DNA of 64,000 nucleotides from sequence record SRR31156797_1235; one strand, 5' to 3'. Shown piece by piece: positions 1 to 10,136 of this stretch (position 1 is its first letter; each line of letters starts with the position of its first letter). The notes under the pieces were generated by a model. It saw only the letters and a program-made list of their open reading frames with translations, ran no database searches and was not told where the DNA came from. The position numbers and the translations under genes were made by a program.

Positions 1-166
1 CTTCGCAATTTAGATTGTGGAGCGTTTTTTGTTGGTGTGAAGAATATCCAAATAATGCAATGGATCATACTATCTAGTTGGGATAAATAGTATGAATATA
101 TGATATTCATAGCTAAGTAGATTAAAATTATTAATACTAAATTCTATCAGAATGTATGTAAACTTA

Positions 167-919
167 TTACGCAGGATTATTAAAAAAATCATACAATGAT
201 CTTCCTGAAATCAATAACTCTATGACATTATGATCATCTATGACTTCAATACCATGTCTTTTTAAAAACATCACAAATTGTGGTAAAAAATTTTTAACTG
301 AAGCATCGAAATCAAGATTATATTGGCCATCTTCAGATGATATTTGCAGATAGAACATATCGAAACCAAAATCAAAGGGTGATAGCCGTACTTTTTTTTC
401 GTAAATAATTTCTGCTGATAAGAGACCATCATAGTTGATTTTTTTGCTAGTTTTTTTATTTGTTAATAAATCTATTAGCTTACGCAAATCATTATTTGAG
501 TATTTTTTGATCGAAATACCATCACTTTCGATAACCCAGTAATCATTAAAAATTGTGGGCAAAACTACAAATATTCCCATAGAAAAAATAATAAGAAATA
601 TCCAGAATGGCTGATATCCAAAGCCTGTGAATAGCAAACTAATAAGTAACCAAACAATCAAAAAGAGTAACCCTTTTTTTCCATTATACTTGTTTCCAAC
701 AAGATAAGGCTTTTTAAAATATGGACTGCCTTGAACCAATTCATCTAGTGAAATATCATACAAATCAGATAATGCTAATAAATTATCTATCGATGGAACA
801 GAAGATCCATTTTCCCACTTAGAAACAGCTTGTGTTGAAATAAATAGTTTATTTGCAATTTGTTCTTGAGTATATCCATTTGTGTTTCTTAAGGTTTTCA
901 AAATATCTTGTAGTAACAT
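167..919 (-). CDS. XRE-family HTH transcriptional regulator with two TM helices and a C-terminal domain
   Basis: N-terminal LKTLRNTNGYTQEQIANKLFISTQAVSKWENG (HTH_3), then hydrophobic segments at aa ~84-123; AAAGGA RBS upstream. Confidence 0.85.
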   Translation of the reverse strand: MLLQDILKTLRNTNGYTQEQIANKLFISTQAVSKWENGSSVPSIDNLLALSDLYDISLDELVQGSPYFKKPYLVGNKYNGKKGLLFLIVWLLISLLFTGFGYQPFWIFLIIFSMGIFVVLPTIFNDYWVIESDGISIKKYSNNDLRKLIDLLTNKKTSKKINYDGLLSAEIIYEKKVRLSPFDFGFDMFYLQISSEDGQYNLDFDASVKNFLPQFVMFLKRHGIEVIDDHNVIELLISGRSLYDFFNNPA

Positions 920-1407
920 TTCAATCCCGTCCTTTCTCTTTTCATTGTTAGAGTATTATTTTTTCTGATTTTTATCAATCAACTAGTGGTTGATGCTTGA
1001 TAAATTAAGCTCATAATCCATAATAATGTGTCTTTAGAAAAATGTATTTTCATGTGATATGTTCTTTGTAAAGCAGATTTTTCTGAATTAAAAGAAAAAA
1101 TTCAACAGAATTCATATATTATAGTTGAATGTTGTTGCAAACACCATTTGGCTGTGTGATATTAATTGTAACCATGCCACTTCGGGATAAGTAATAGTAC
1201 AATGTGATCACAAAGTAACTAAAATTATTATGTCTGAGCCTTTGTATTAGCATGTTTCAATAGTTATTTGTGTAAATATGTACAATGTAGGAACAATTAA
1301 GAATAATTTTGTTCGAGTAAATTTTTAGGCTAACACGAAATTTTATTGAAAAATTATGCTGATTTCAATATACATGACTTGAACAATAATCTATTAAGGG
1401 AGAATAG

Positions 1408-2478
1408 TTGATGTATAAAATACTGCAGCGTACTTCATTAAAGACAATAGAATTGGATTATTCAGGTGAGTATAGATGTATAAATGTAGATTCAATTTTA
1501 GTAACTAGAATTCGGAACCTATTGAACAGTATTTATCATGGAGGGGTTAGATCTGGAATCTACGGGTACGCAAGAAAAAATGAAAACCATGAGTTGAATG
1601 TAATATCTTTTTTTAGAGGATTTAGACCTGACTTCAATCATGGAAATTATGAGGAAGTGATATCTAGGTATTTCCACAATTATTTCGAAGTTGGTGAAAA
1701 AGGAAAGGCCTATCGAGAGAATGTCCTAGATGATGGTATACCAACTTATTTTTACGATACACCAGATAGTAAAGAAATAGATGAATTACTTCAGTTAATA
1801 AATTCAATACTAAAAAAGAACAATTTTGGGAAAATTAAACCTGAGAAGATACGTTCTTTGATCGAGAAAGATACTTTAGGTACTTATATGTATTTATTGA
1901 ATTTGGCTCATAATATTGGGGGAAGATGGGAAAACAAATGTAGAAGTCCGTTTGTATCTGCATCTTATGGGAGTAAGGGATTTGAGATAGCGCTTCGCTT
2001 TGCCCAAGCTAGAAATACTGATATCAATTCATATGTAATTTGGGGATTTACGAATATAAATGATAGTGGAAACTATATTTTTACAAAAGAACTATCTCGA
2101 AATCTAGGCATGATGAATGTAAATTGGTATGAAGACATTCATTCAGAGATAATCATCAAAGACAGTATTGCTCCACAGAATATTTTAGGTGTCTTTGAAA
2201 TAAACAAAGAGACAAGCGCAAAACAATTTATAATAAATCCCTCTCTTTATAAATTGTTTTATGCAAGTAAAGATATGCATAGATACAAATTTTCTGAATT
2301 AGTTAATTATATATGTCGCGAAGGCATACCCATAGATCAGTCAAATTTCATGAAATGTGCTCGAGAATTAGGATATAAATCATATGGGTACCGTCTGCCC
2401 AATGGACAAACTTTTGCAGGAGAAATTGATAGGGAAGCAAATATACGCTTACCTGAAAATACAAATATTTGGGAATGA
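1408..2478 (+). CDS. Hypothetical cytoplasmic protein, putative R-S-E-type ADP-ribosyltransferase-like (start may be ATG 1411)
   Basis: 356-aa ORF with AAGGGG RBS; motifs FFRG, SPFVSAS..IALRFA and HSEIIIKDSIAPQNILG occur in ART order. Confidence 0.55.
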   Translation: MMYKILQRTSLKTIELDYSGEYRCINVDSILVTRIRNLLNSIYHGGVRSGIYGYARKNENHELNVISFFRGFRPDFNHGNYEEVISRYFHNYFEVGEKGKAYRENVLDDGIPTYFYDTPDSKEIDELLQLINSILKKNNFGKIKPEKIRSLIEKDTLGTYMYLLNLAHNIGGRWENKCRSPFVSASYGSKGFEIALRFAQARNTDINSYVIWGFTNINDSGNYIFTKELSRNLGMMNVNWYEDIHSEIIIKDSIAPQNILGVFEINKETSAKQFIINPSLYKLFYASKDMHRYKFSELVNYICREGIPIDQSNFMKCARELGYKSYGYRLPNGQTFAGEIDREANIRLPENTNIWE

Positions 2479-2686
2479 AAATTATTTTTTTAATCATCTT
2501 GAATATGGCTGAGTTATGCTCTTGTTTATGGTTTTATAAATTTAGGAAGTTGATGGATGCTGATTAATAGTACAAGTCAACTGGGATTTAAGGATATTCT
2601 CCCATTATGAATGATATTGAAATAAGTAATATTAAAAGAGTTATTTGAAGATAGTAGATTTGATTTCCGTAGTAAACTATACAGAT

Positions 2687-2715
2687 AAAAACCGCATTTT
2701 TAAATGCGGTTTTTT
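2687..2715 (+). terminator. Intrinsic terminator between the ART-like gene and the hsd operon
   Basis: aaaaaccgcatttttaaatgcggtttttt hairpin with U-tract. Confidence 0.7.
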
Positions 2716-2745
2716 GTAATATAAAAATATTTCCAAAGAAAGCGG

Positions 2746-2806
2746 TTGACTTAATCTCAGTAAAAAGGTATCATAACACCATGAATATAAGTTATATAAG
2801 TATATT
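2746..2806 (+). promoter_or_regulatory. sigmaA-type promoter of the hsd operon with a downstream partial operator
   Basis: TTGACT-17bp-TATCAT (2746-2774); TTATATAAGTAT at 2792-2803. Confidence 0.6.
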
Positions 2807-2853
2807 TCAAATAATCGAATTGAAAAAAGTTCTTTTTAAAGGAGACAACCAAA

Positions 2854-3432
2854 ATGGAAAAAAGAAAACTGTCCGATTTTGTTAGCTTTGTTCAAGGGGT
2901 TAACCAGTCGAGAGCTGAAAAGCAGTTTGGGGATCAAGAAATACCATATTACGATCAAGCCTCCTTTGAAGATGACTATCGACATTACAACGAAATTAAT
3001 CAAGAAGAGAAAATAAACGAATCTTTTACGAGTGAAGTAACGTTGGATAAGCGTGATATTGTAATTAGTAATTCACTGCAACGTGCGACCATGGTAGGGG
3101 AGACGAACATTGGAAAAGTACTCTCCATCAATTTTACTAAAGTAAATTTTATTAATGAAGAGTTAGACAAGCATTATTTTTTATATTTGTTCAATAATTA
3201 TCAAGATATCCAACGTCAAAAAGAACGTGAACTGCAAGGAACAGGACCCATTCTTCGGTTGACAAAGCAATCTCTAGAGAAACTTATTATTCCAATCGTT
3301 CCTTTAAAAGAACAAAGACAAATTGGAGCGATTTATGTTGAATCACTAAAAGCACAAAGTAAATTGAGTGAATATGCGCGTTTACTTGAAAAATTTACAG
3401 GCACCATGCTGGAAACTAAACTAAAGGAGTAG
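2854..3432 (+). CDS. Half-size type I RM specificity-subunit-like protein (one TRD plus conserved helix)
   Basis: KLSDFVSFVQG start and QGTGPILRLTKQSLEKLIIPIVPLKEQRQIG resemble an HsdS conserved region; 4 nt from hsdR. Confidence 0.7.
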   Translation: MEKRKLSDFVSFVQGVNQSRAEKQFGDQEIPYYDQASFEDDYRHYNEINQEEKINESFTSEVTLDKRDIVISNSLQRATMVGETNIGKVLSINFTKVNFINEELDKHYFLYLFNNYQDIQRQKERELQGTGPILRLTKQSLEKLIIPIVPLKEQRQIGAIYVESLKAQSKLSEYARLLEKFTGTMLETKLKE

Positions 3433-3436
3433 AGAG

Positions 3437-6400
3437 ATGAAAAAGAACTCGAGTGTAAAGAGCTTATCTGAATTAAAATTCGAGCAAGAAGTGATTGATC
3501 ACTTAACAAAAATTGGTGGAGTAAAGCAGTGGGAATACAAAAAGGAAATAAAAACGACGGAACAATTGTGGGACAACTTCAAAAAAATACTTGAGCAAAA
3601 TAATCAAGCTCGTTTAGTACAGCCACTATCAACAACTGAGTTTAATCAAGTGAAAAGGATCATCACAAATATCGATTCTCCTTATTCCGCTGGACAGTTT
3701 CTATATGGTGTGAATGGGGTTTCCGAAATTGAAGTAGATCTCGATGATGGTAGACATGTATTCCTTACGGTTTTCGATCAGGCACAAGTTGGTGGGGGGA
3801 ACACTGTTTATCAAGTAGTGAATCAAATTGAACGGCCCAAAGTGGTTGACGGCAAACAAAATCGGCGATTTGATGTAACACTTTTGATCAATGGACTGCC
3901 CATCATTCAAATTGAGTTGAAAAAAGCATTACATAATGCGACGGAATCGCTAAATCAAATGGAACAATATATTGCTGAAAAACAATTTAGCGGTATCTTT
4001 TCTACGTTACAAATACTAATTGCAATGACACCATTTGATATTCGTTATATGGCAAATACGACTTTGCAAAGCTTTAATCGTGCATTTGCTTTCAATTGGC
4101 AAGATGAAGAAACGGCACAACCAGTGCGTTCGTGGAAGATTTTTGCTGATAAAGTGCTCTCCATTCCAATGGCTCATGATTTAGCTACTCGGTATATGAT
4201 CCTTGATGGGACAAAGAACAAAGAAAGTATCAAAGTTATGCGGCCTTATCAAGTATATGCAACGAAGCGAGTACTAGATAAAGTACGTAAATTTGATTTT
4301 AAATATGGCGATGGAAAACTAGGATATGTTTGGCATACTACGGGATCAGGAAAGACCATTACCAGTTTTAAAACAGCATGGTTAGCAAGCCGATTGTCTA
4401 ATGTGGATAAAGTCATTTTTTTGGTTGACCGTATAGCTCTGACTAATCAAACTGCAGATGCTTATCGCGCATACGATCCTATTGCTGGGTTTGAAGGGAA
4501 AACAGGGGTAGTTAGTGACACAGCCAATATTTCAGATTTACATCGGAAACTGACGAAGAAAAGTGATAAAAACATTATTGTGACAAGTATTCAAAAAATG
4601 TCTCGTTATGTAGCAAGAGATAGTTACAAACCATTGACCGAAAATATTTTATTTATTGTCGATGAGGCTCACCGATCAACAGGGGATGGACTAAAAAATG
4701 AAGGAATGCTTGAAACCATTCGAAAAGCATTGCCAAATTCTGCATGGGTGGGTTATACGGGGACACCGAAGTTTCCAGAAACAAGAGAGATTTTTGGTGA
4801 TTTACTCCATGCCTATACTATAAAAGAAGCAATCGCTGATAGAAATGTCTTAGGCTTTAAAGTTGAATTTAAAGAAACGATTGAAGCACCTAAAGATCCA
4901 ACAGAAGAAGAAATCGATGACACTATCCGTGGGAGCGTATATGATTACAGCCCAGAACATGTAGAACTTGTTGTCAACGACATCTTTAAAAATTGGAAAG
5001 AGCGTTCAAATAATCGTAGATATAACGCGTTACTCACCGTCCATGTTGGTGGAAATCGCGCCAGCACCCCGCGTGCGATGGAGTATTTTGATAAATTTAT
5101 GGAAGAAAACAGCAAGCGTCCAATGGAAGAAAGACTGAAAGTTGCTGTGAGCTTCTCAGTTGATACGACAAATGGTGTTCATCAACTTCGAACCAATGAA
5201 AGTCTTCACCGAGCTATCAAAGCTTACAATGCATTATTTGGTACAGCTTTCGATATGACCTCGGTTAAAGCCTACACAGAGGATTTGACAAGGCGTTTGA
5301 ACAAAACGGCTGATGATGGAAACTACTTGGATTTAGTGATCGTCGTGGATCAATTGTTAACTGGATTCGATGCCCCTGAGCTGAATACGCTCTATATTGA
5401 TCGCACATTAAAAGGCGGGAATTTGATTCAAGCCTACTCACGAACGAATCGTATCCATGATCGTGATGCAAAACCGCAAGGAAATATTGTGAATTACCGT
5501 TGGCCCGTGCAAAATGAGTATGAAATGAATGAATCATTCGCAATTTATTCAAACCGCGAATCCGCAGCAGAGCAGCTTACACTAGATGAGCTAAAAGAAA
5601 GTAATGAAGAGTCTGGAATTTTAGCAAAATCATTTGGTAAAGTCGAAGCTGAAACCAAAGCAGTCATTGAAAAATTAGCCGAGTTAACAGATAACTTTGT
5701 TCAATTGCCTCCAAGTGAAAAAGCACAAGAAGAAGTATTTAATGGATTGAAAGACTACAATCGGTTACTTAATCAATTGAAGCAATTTACCGAAGATGAT
5801 GATAAGAATCCGATATCTGCTTATGATGAGCCAGAAGTATTTTATGAGCGTTTGGGAATTACAGAAGATCAAGAAGTTATGCTGACGACTGTCCTGGCTA
5901 ATGAATTGCGGGAAAGACGTGCTCAAATAGAAGAAATTGATATTTCTCAAGTCAATTTAGAAATGGTTCATATCCACGATGTCACCATTAACTATGATTA
6001 TTTGATTGAACTGATTGCGCGCATGGCTGATGAAGTGCATGAAAATAAAATGGATGAAGCCAAACGAACGAAAGAGGATATTGACATTGAAATTGCAAAA
6101 TCAGACAGTGATAAAGAAATAACAAAAGTTCGTAGTTTTGTTTCAAAAATTTTTACCAAAGAATTTGTTTTCGATAAGTATCCAGCTCCGCGCGATATTG
6201 AGAAAATGAATTTAGCAATGGAACAATCGCAAAAAGAAGGAAACATTAAACTACTAACAGAATTTATTCGCAAATGGGGATTGGACAATAGTACGAAGCC
6301 CAAAGAGTTGGATAAATTAATTCGACGTCACCGTATTGGACAAGAAGATATGGACAAGCAAGGGGAACTCACAGCAATCATGAATGATGCAAGATCTGAC

Positions 6401-6511
6401 TATAAAGAAATTGCCGCAGCTGATATTGCTGCACTGTCATGGGTTAAATACCGCATTGAATTTCGTAAAGCCTTTTATAAAATGGCGGATGAAATCAAAA
6501 AAGAAGAATAA
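3437..6511 (+). CDS. hsdR: Type I restriction enzyme subunit R
   Basis: Nuclease motif RFDVTLLINGLPIIQIELK; Walker A WHTTGSGKT; DEAHRS; YTGTP; QAYSRTNR. Confidence 0.96.
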   Translation: MKKNSSVKSLSELKFEQEVIDHLTKIGGVKQWEYKKEIKTTEQLWDNFKKILEQNNQARLVQPLSTTEFNQVKRIITNIDSPYSAGQFLYGVNGVSEIEVDLDDGRHVFLTVFDQAQVGGGNTVYQVVNQIERPKVVDGKQNRRFDVTLLINGLPIIQIELKKALHNATESLNQMEQYIAEKQFSGIFSTLQILIAMTPFDIRYMANTTLQSFNRAFAFNWQDEETAQPVRSWKIFADKVLSIPMAHDLATRYMILDGTKNKESIKVMRPYQVYATKRVLDKVRKFDFKYGDGKLGYVWHTTGSGKTITSFKTAWLASRLSNVDKVIFLVDRIALTNQTADAYRAYDPIAGFEGKTGVVSDTANISDLHRKLTKKSDKNIIVTSIQKMSRYVARDSYKPLTENILFIVDEAHRSTGDGLKNEGMLETIRKALPNSAWVGYTGTPKFPETREIFGDLLHAYTIKEAIADRNVLGFKVEFKETIEAPKDPTEEEIDDTIRGSVYDYSPEHVELVVNDIFKNWKERSNNRRYNALLTVHVGGNRASTPRAMEYFDKFMEENSKRPMEERLKVAVSFSVDTTNGVHQLRTNESLHRAIKAYNALFGTAFDMTSVKAYTEDLTRRLNKTADDGNYLDLVIVVDQLLTGFDAPELNTLYIDRTLKGGNLIQAYSRTNRIHDRDAKPQGNIVNYRWPVQNEYEMNESFAIYSNRESAAEQLTLDELKESNEESGILAKSFGKVEAETKAVIEKLAELTDNFVQLPPSEKAQEEVFNGLKDYNRLLNQLKQFTEDDDKNPISAYDEPEVFYERLGITEDQEVMLTTVLANELRERRAQIEEIDISQVNLEMVHIHDVTINYDYLIELIARMADEVHENKMDEAKRTKEDIDIEIAKSDSDKEITKVRSFVSKIFTKEFVFDKYPAPRDIEKMNLAMEQSQKEGNIKLLTEFIRKWGLDNSTKPKELDKLIRRHRIGQEDMDKQGELTAIMNDARSDYKEIAAADIAALSWVKYRIEFRKAFYKMADEIKKEE

Positions 6512-6685
6512 TGAATATGATTTTTAAAAAATAAGGACCAAAGGTTGAAAATAATCAGTAGACAGTCATAATAGCTGTACAGATGCCAAAAGAAAAGCAA
6601 TTGACGAATAGATGAAGTTAGGTAAACGTCAGTAATTTGCTTCTGATTTTGACAAAGAAATAAGGAAGATCAGAGGAGAATAAAT

Positions 6686-7900
6686 ATGAATGATGAGATA
6701 ACAAATATACCGAAAGTAAGGTTCAAAGGATATACAGAAGATTGGGAACAGCGTAAGTTAGGAGACTTCGTTGTAGATTATGTTGAAAAGACAAGTGTAC
6801 AAAATCAATTTCCTATGCTAACTTCATCTCAACAAAAAGGGATAGTTTTGCAAGAAGATTATTTTGCAAATCAGCAAGTAACTACAGAAAATAATATTGG
6901 TTACTTTGTACTACCTAGAGGATATTTCACGTTCCGTAGTCGAAGTGATAATGATGTATTTGTGTTTAACCGTAATGACATTATTGATAGAGGGATTATA
7001 AGTTATTTTTATCCTGTATTTACTTTGAAATCTGCTGATTCCGACTTCTTCTTAAGACGTATTAACAATGGAATCCAACGACAATTATCTATTCAAGCAG
7101 AGGGAACAGGTCAACATGTCCTGTCTCTAAAAAAGTTTAAAAATATAGTAGCAATGTTTCCTCGTGAGGAAGAACAACAAAAAATCGGCTCTTTCTTCAA
7201 GCAACTTGACGACACGATCGCTCTTCATCAGCGAGAGCTTGATCTGTTAAGAAAAGCAAAACAGACATATCTTCAAAAAATGTTCCCAAAAGCAGGAGAA
7301 GATAGACCAGAAATTCGTTTCGCTGGGTTTACTGAACCTTGGGAACAGCGTAAGTTAGGTGATGTTGTGAAATTTTATTCCGGTTTGACGTATTCACCAG
7401 ATAACATTCAGGAGGAAGGGACGTTTGTGCTACGCTCTTCTAACGTGAAAAATGGAGAAATTGTTGACGCTGATAACGTTTATGTCTCTCATGATGTTAT
7501 AAATTCTGATAATGTTCAGGAAGGTGATTTAATTGTTGTTGTACGTAATGGTTCACGCGATTTAATCGGTAAACATGCTCAAATCAAGCAACAAATGGAC
7601 AACACAGTTATTGGTGCGTTTATGACAGGCGTTCGTTCAGAAACACCTGATTTCACAAATGCACTGCTAGATACTCAGCAGTTTGCTATTGAAATTAGCA
7701 AAAATTTAGGGGCAACAATTAATCAAATTACAACTGGAGCATTCAAGAATATGCAGTTTGTAGTTTCAAAAGATAAAGATGAACGTGAGTCAATCGGAAC
7801 ATTTTTCAGAAGTATTGACGACACTATCGCTCTTCATCAACGTAATTTGAATGTACTAAAAGAAATGAAAAAATCATTACTACAACAAATGTTTGTCTAA
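6686..7900 (+). CDS. hsdS: Type I RM specificity subunit (type IC-like)
   Basis: Two TRDs with repeated WEQRKLG and DDTIALHQR conserved regions; PKVRFKG/PEIRFAG; SLLQQMFV end. Confidence 0.96.
   Translation: MNDEITNIPKVRFKGYTEDWEQRKLGDFVVDYVEKTSVQNQFPMLTSSQQKGIVLQEDYFANQQVTTENNIGYFVLPRGYFTFRSRSDNDVFVFNRNDIIDRGIISYFYPVFTLKSADSDFFLRRINNGIQRQLSIQAEGTGQHVLSLKKFKNIVAMFPREEEQQKIGSFFKQLDDTIALHQRELDLLRKAKQTYLQKMFPKAGEDRPEIRFAGFTEPWEQRKLGDVVKFYSGLTYSPDNIQEEGTFVLRSSNVKNGEIVDADNVYVSHDVINSDNVQEGDLIVVVRNGSRDLIGKHAQIKQQMDNTVIGAFMTGVRSETPDFTNALLDTQQFAIEISKNLGATINQITTGAFKNMQFVVSKDKDERESIGTFFRSIDDTIALHQRNLNVLKEMKKSLLQQMFV
6742..7359 (+). repeat. 21-bp identical direct repeat within hsdS (6742-6762, 7339-7359)
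   Basis: ttgggaacagcgtaagttagg occurs twice. Confidence 0.85.
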
Positions 7901-7915
7901 AAGGAGAAAAAATAA

Positions 7916-9532
7916 ATGAGTACTGCAAATGAAATTACAAAAAAACTATGGGCAATGGCCAATAAGTTACGTGGAACTATGGATGCAAGCGAGTATAAGA
8001 ACTATATTCTACCATTCATGTTCTATCGTTACTTATCCGAAAATCAAGATACCTATTTAAAAAAGAATGGCTTGGAAGAATACTACGAAGTAACAGATCC
8101 AGAAGAAAAAGAAGATTACTTAGAAGAAATTAGTCGTGGGATTGGCTATGCTATTGATCCTGATTATACATGGGAACAATTAGTATCTAAGATTGAAAAC
8201 CATCAAATCAAAGCCAGTGATTTCCAAGACATGCTAGATTCATTTAATGTAAATGCAAAACGTAATCCTGTTGCAGAAGATGATTTTGCGAATGTCTTTT
8301 CGGATATTAACCTCGGTGACACACGTTTAGGTTCGAACACAAATGAACGTGCAAAAGCGTTAAACGATGTTGTATTAATGGTGAACGACTTTAATTTTAA
8401 AGATGAATCGGGACACGATATTTTAGGAGATGTCTATGAATATCTAATCGGCCAATTTGCCGCTAATGCTGGGAAAAAAGGTGGCGAATTTTATACACCA
8501 CATGAAGTTAGTCAAGTCCTAGCAAAAATCGTTACCAAAGATGCGAAAGCTGATGGTAATCAATTTCGTGTTTACGATCCCGCGATGGGATCAGGGTCGT
8601 TATTGCTAACGGTAAAAAATGAATTACCTGATGGACATAAATCAGGTAGTGTTGATTTCTATGGTCAGGAATTGAATACTACGACATATAACTTAGCTCG
8701 CATGAACTTAATGATGCATGGCATTAATTATCGCAACATGAACTTAAAACGTGGGGATACACTTGAGGCGGATTGGCCATTTGCAGAAAAAGAGGGGATG
8801 CAGATTCCGTTAAAATTTGATGCTGTCGTTGCCAATCCTCCCTATTCAGCCAAATGGGACGTAAAAGGAATTGACCGTGAAAAAGATACGCGTTTTAAAG
8901 GATTTGGTGTTGCACCAGCATCAAAAGCTGATTATGCCTTTATTTTGCACGGGCTATATCATTTGGACAAAAATGGGACAATGGCTATTGTACTGCCGCA
9001 TGGAGTATTATTTAGAGGCGCTGCAGAAGGGAGAATTCGCAAAAATATTATTGATAATAACTTATTGGATACTGTAATTGGAATGCCACCGAATCTTTTT
9101 TACGGAACAAGCATCCCTACCTGTGTATTAGTATTTAAGGGAAGAGAGGCACGTACAACTAAGGATATTCTATTCATCGATGCCTCTAATGAATTTGATA
9201 AAGGGAAAAACCAAAACAAACTTACGTCAGATAATATTGCGAAAATTATTGAAACATATGAGAATCGTGAAGATATTGAAAAATATGCATATGTAGCGTC
9301 TTTAGATGAGATTAAAGAAAATGATTACAACTTAAATATTCCGAGATATGTAGATACCTTTGAAGAAGAAGAAGTTACACCATTGCCACAGTTAGCGCAA
9401 GAACTAGCAGAAGTGAGACAGGAAATCACGGAATCAACCGATAAACTATTTGGAATGCTGAGTGAACTACAAGGCACAACAGATGAATCTCAAGAAGAAT
9501 TGCAAAAGTTTATGAATATGCTTAACAAATAA
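7916..9532 (+). CDS. hsdM: Type I RM m6A methyltransferase subunit
   Basis: GEFYTP, YDPAMGSGSLL (motif I), NPPY (motif IV), LPHGVLFRG. Confidence 0.97.
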   Translation: MSTANEITKKLWAMANKLRGTMDASEYKNYILPFMFYRYLSENQDTYLKKNGLEEYYEVTDPEEKEDYLEEISRGIGYAIDPDYTWEQLVSKIENHQIKASDFQDMLDSFNVNAKRNPVAEDDFANVFSDINLGDTRLGSNTNERAKALNDVVLMVNDFNFKDESGHDILGDVYEYLIGQFAANAGKKGGEFYTPHEVSQVLAKIVTKDAKADGNQFRVYDPAMGSGSLLLTVKNELPDGHKSGSVDFYGQELNTTTYNLARMNLMMHGINYRNMNLKRGDTLEADWPFAEKEGMQIPLKFDAVVANPPYSAKWDVKGIDREKDTRFKGFGVAPASKADYAFILHGLYHLDKNGTMAIVLPHGVLFRGAAEGRIRKNIIDNNLLDTVIGMPPNLFYGTSIPTCVLVFKGREARTTKDILFIDASNEFDKGKNQNKLTSDNIAKIIETYENREDIEKYAYVASLDEIKENDYNLNIPRYVDTFEEEEVTPLPQLAQELAEVRQEITESTDKLFGMLSELQGTTDESQEELQKFMNMLNK

Positions 9533-9585
9533 AATTAAGTGTAATAAATTTTTTTCTTTTTTTACCTTGCTTATTTTATTAGTTT

Positions 9586-9641
9586 TCATCCATGAGAAAT
9601 CAGAATATAGTAATTTCTGGTTTCTCATGGATGATTTTTTA
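9586..9641 (+). terminator. Terminator after hsdM
   Basis: tcatccatgagaaatcagaa...ttctggtttctcatggatga followed by a T-run. Confidence 0.7.
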
Positions 9642-9737
9642 TGATGATAGTTTCTTGTATTTATAACATATAATAAGGAGCTTATTTTTTATAAAGATAC
9701 TTAGTAGTGCAATTTTTTCATTTATACATAAAAAATG

Positions 9738-9811
9738 TTGCTTATAAGAGTAACAGATAGTATAATAAGCACCGGATGATACTTATATAAGTATCATTCG
9801 GTGCTTATTAT
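9738..9811 (+). promoter_or_regulatory. Promoter overlapped by a ~50-bp near-perfect palindrome (candidate operator)
   Basis: TTGCTT-17bp-TATAAT (9738-9766); ataataagcaccggatgatacttat|ataagtatcattcggtgcttattat. Confidence 0.65.
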
Positions 9812-9914
9812 TTTATTTCGGAGGTTATGGATGAATAATTTTGATTGGAACTCAAGAGGTTTTCCATGATCAATCGCATCTAGCATTATTATCTTTTTCT
9901 ATTTATGAAAACTT

Positions 9915-10136
9915 TTATTTATCTTCAATCGTCAAAATCTCACGAATATCATCTATATTCAAAGCTTCAGCTATTCGCTCGATGTATTCAATATTGATCC
10001 GTTGACGTTTTCCACTGGATAATTCACTTAGTCTTGCAATGTCTATATCTGCTCGCCTAGAAAGCTCCCGTAAAGAAATATTATGTTTTTTCACAAGTTC
10101 TTGAATATGAATCACCAATACCTTTTCCTTATACAC
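9915..10136 (-). CDS. Small Cro/C1 (XRE) HTH regulator, 73 aa
   Basis: ISLRELSRRADIDIARLSELSSGKRQRINIEYIERIAEALNI; GTG start at 10136 with AAAGGGGTG RBS (ORF track start 10205 likely too long). Confidence 0.85.
   Translation of the reverse strand: MYKEKVLVIHIQELVKKHNISLRELSRRADIDIARLSELSSGKRQRINIEYIERIAEALNIDDIREILTIEDK

Noticed and set aside
2854-9532. Phase-variable hsdS shufflon
   Set aside because: No recombinase, no inverted hsdS copies, and the small S-like gene shares no repeat with hsdS
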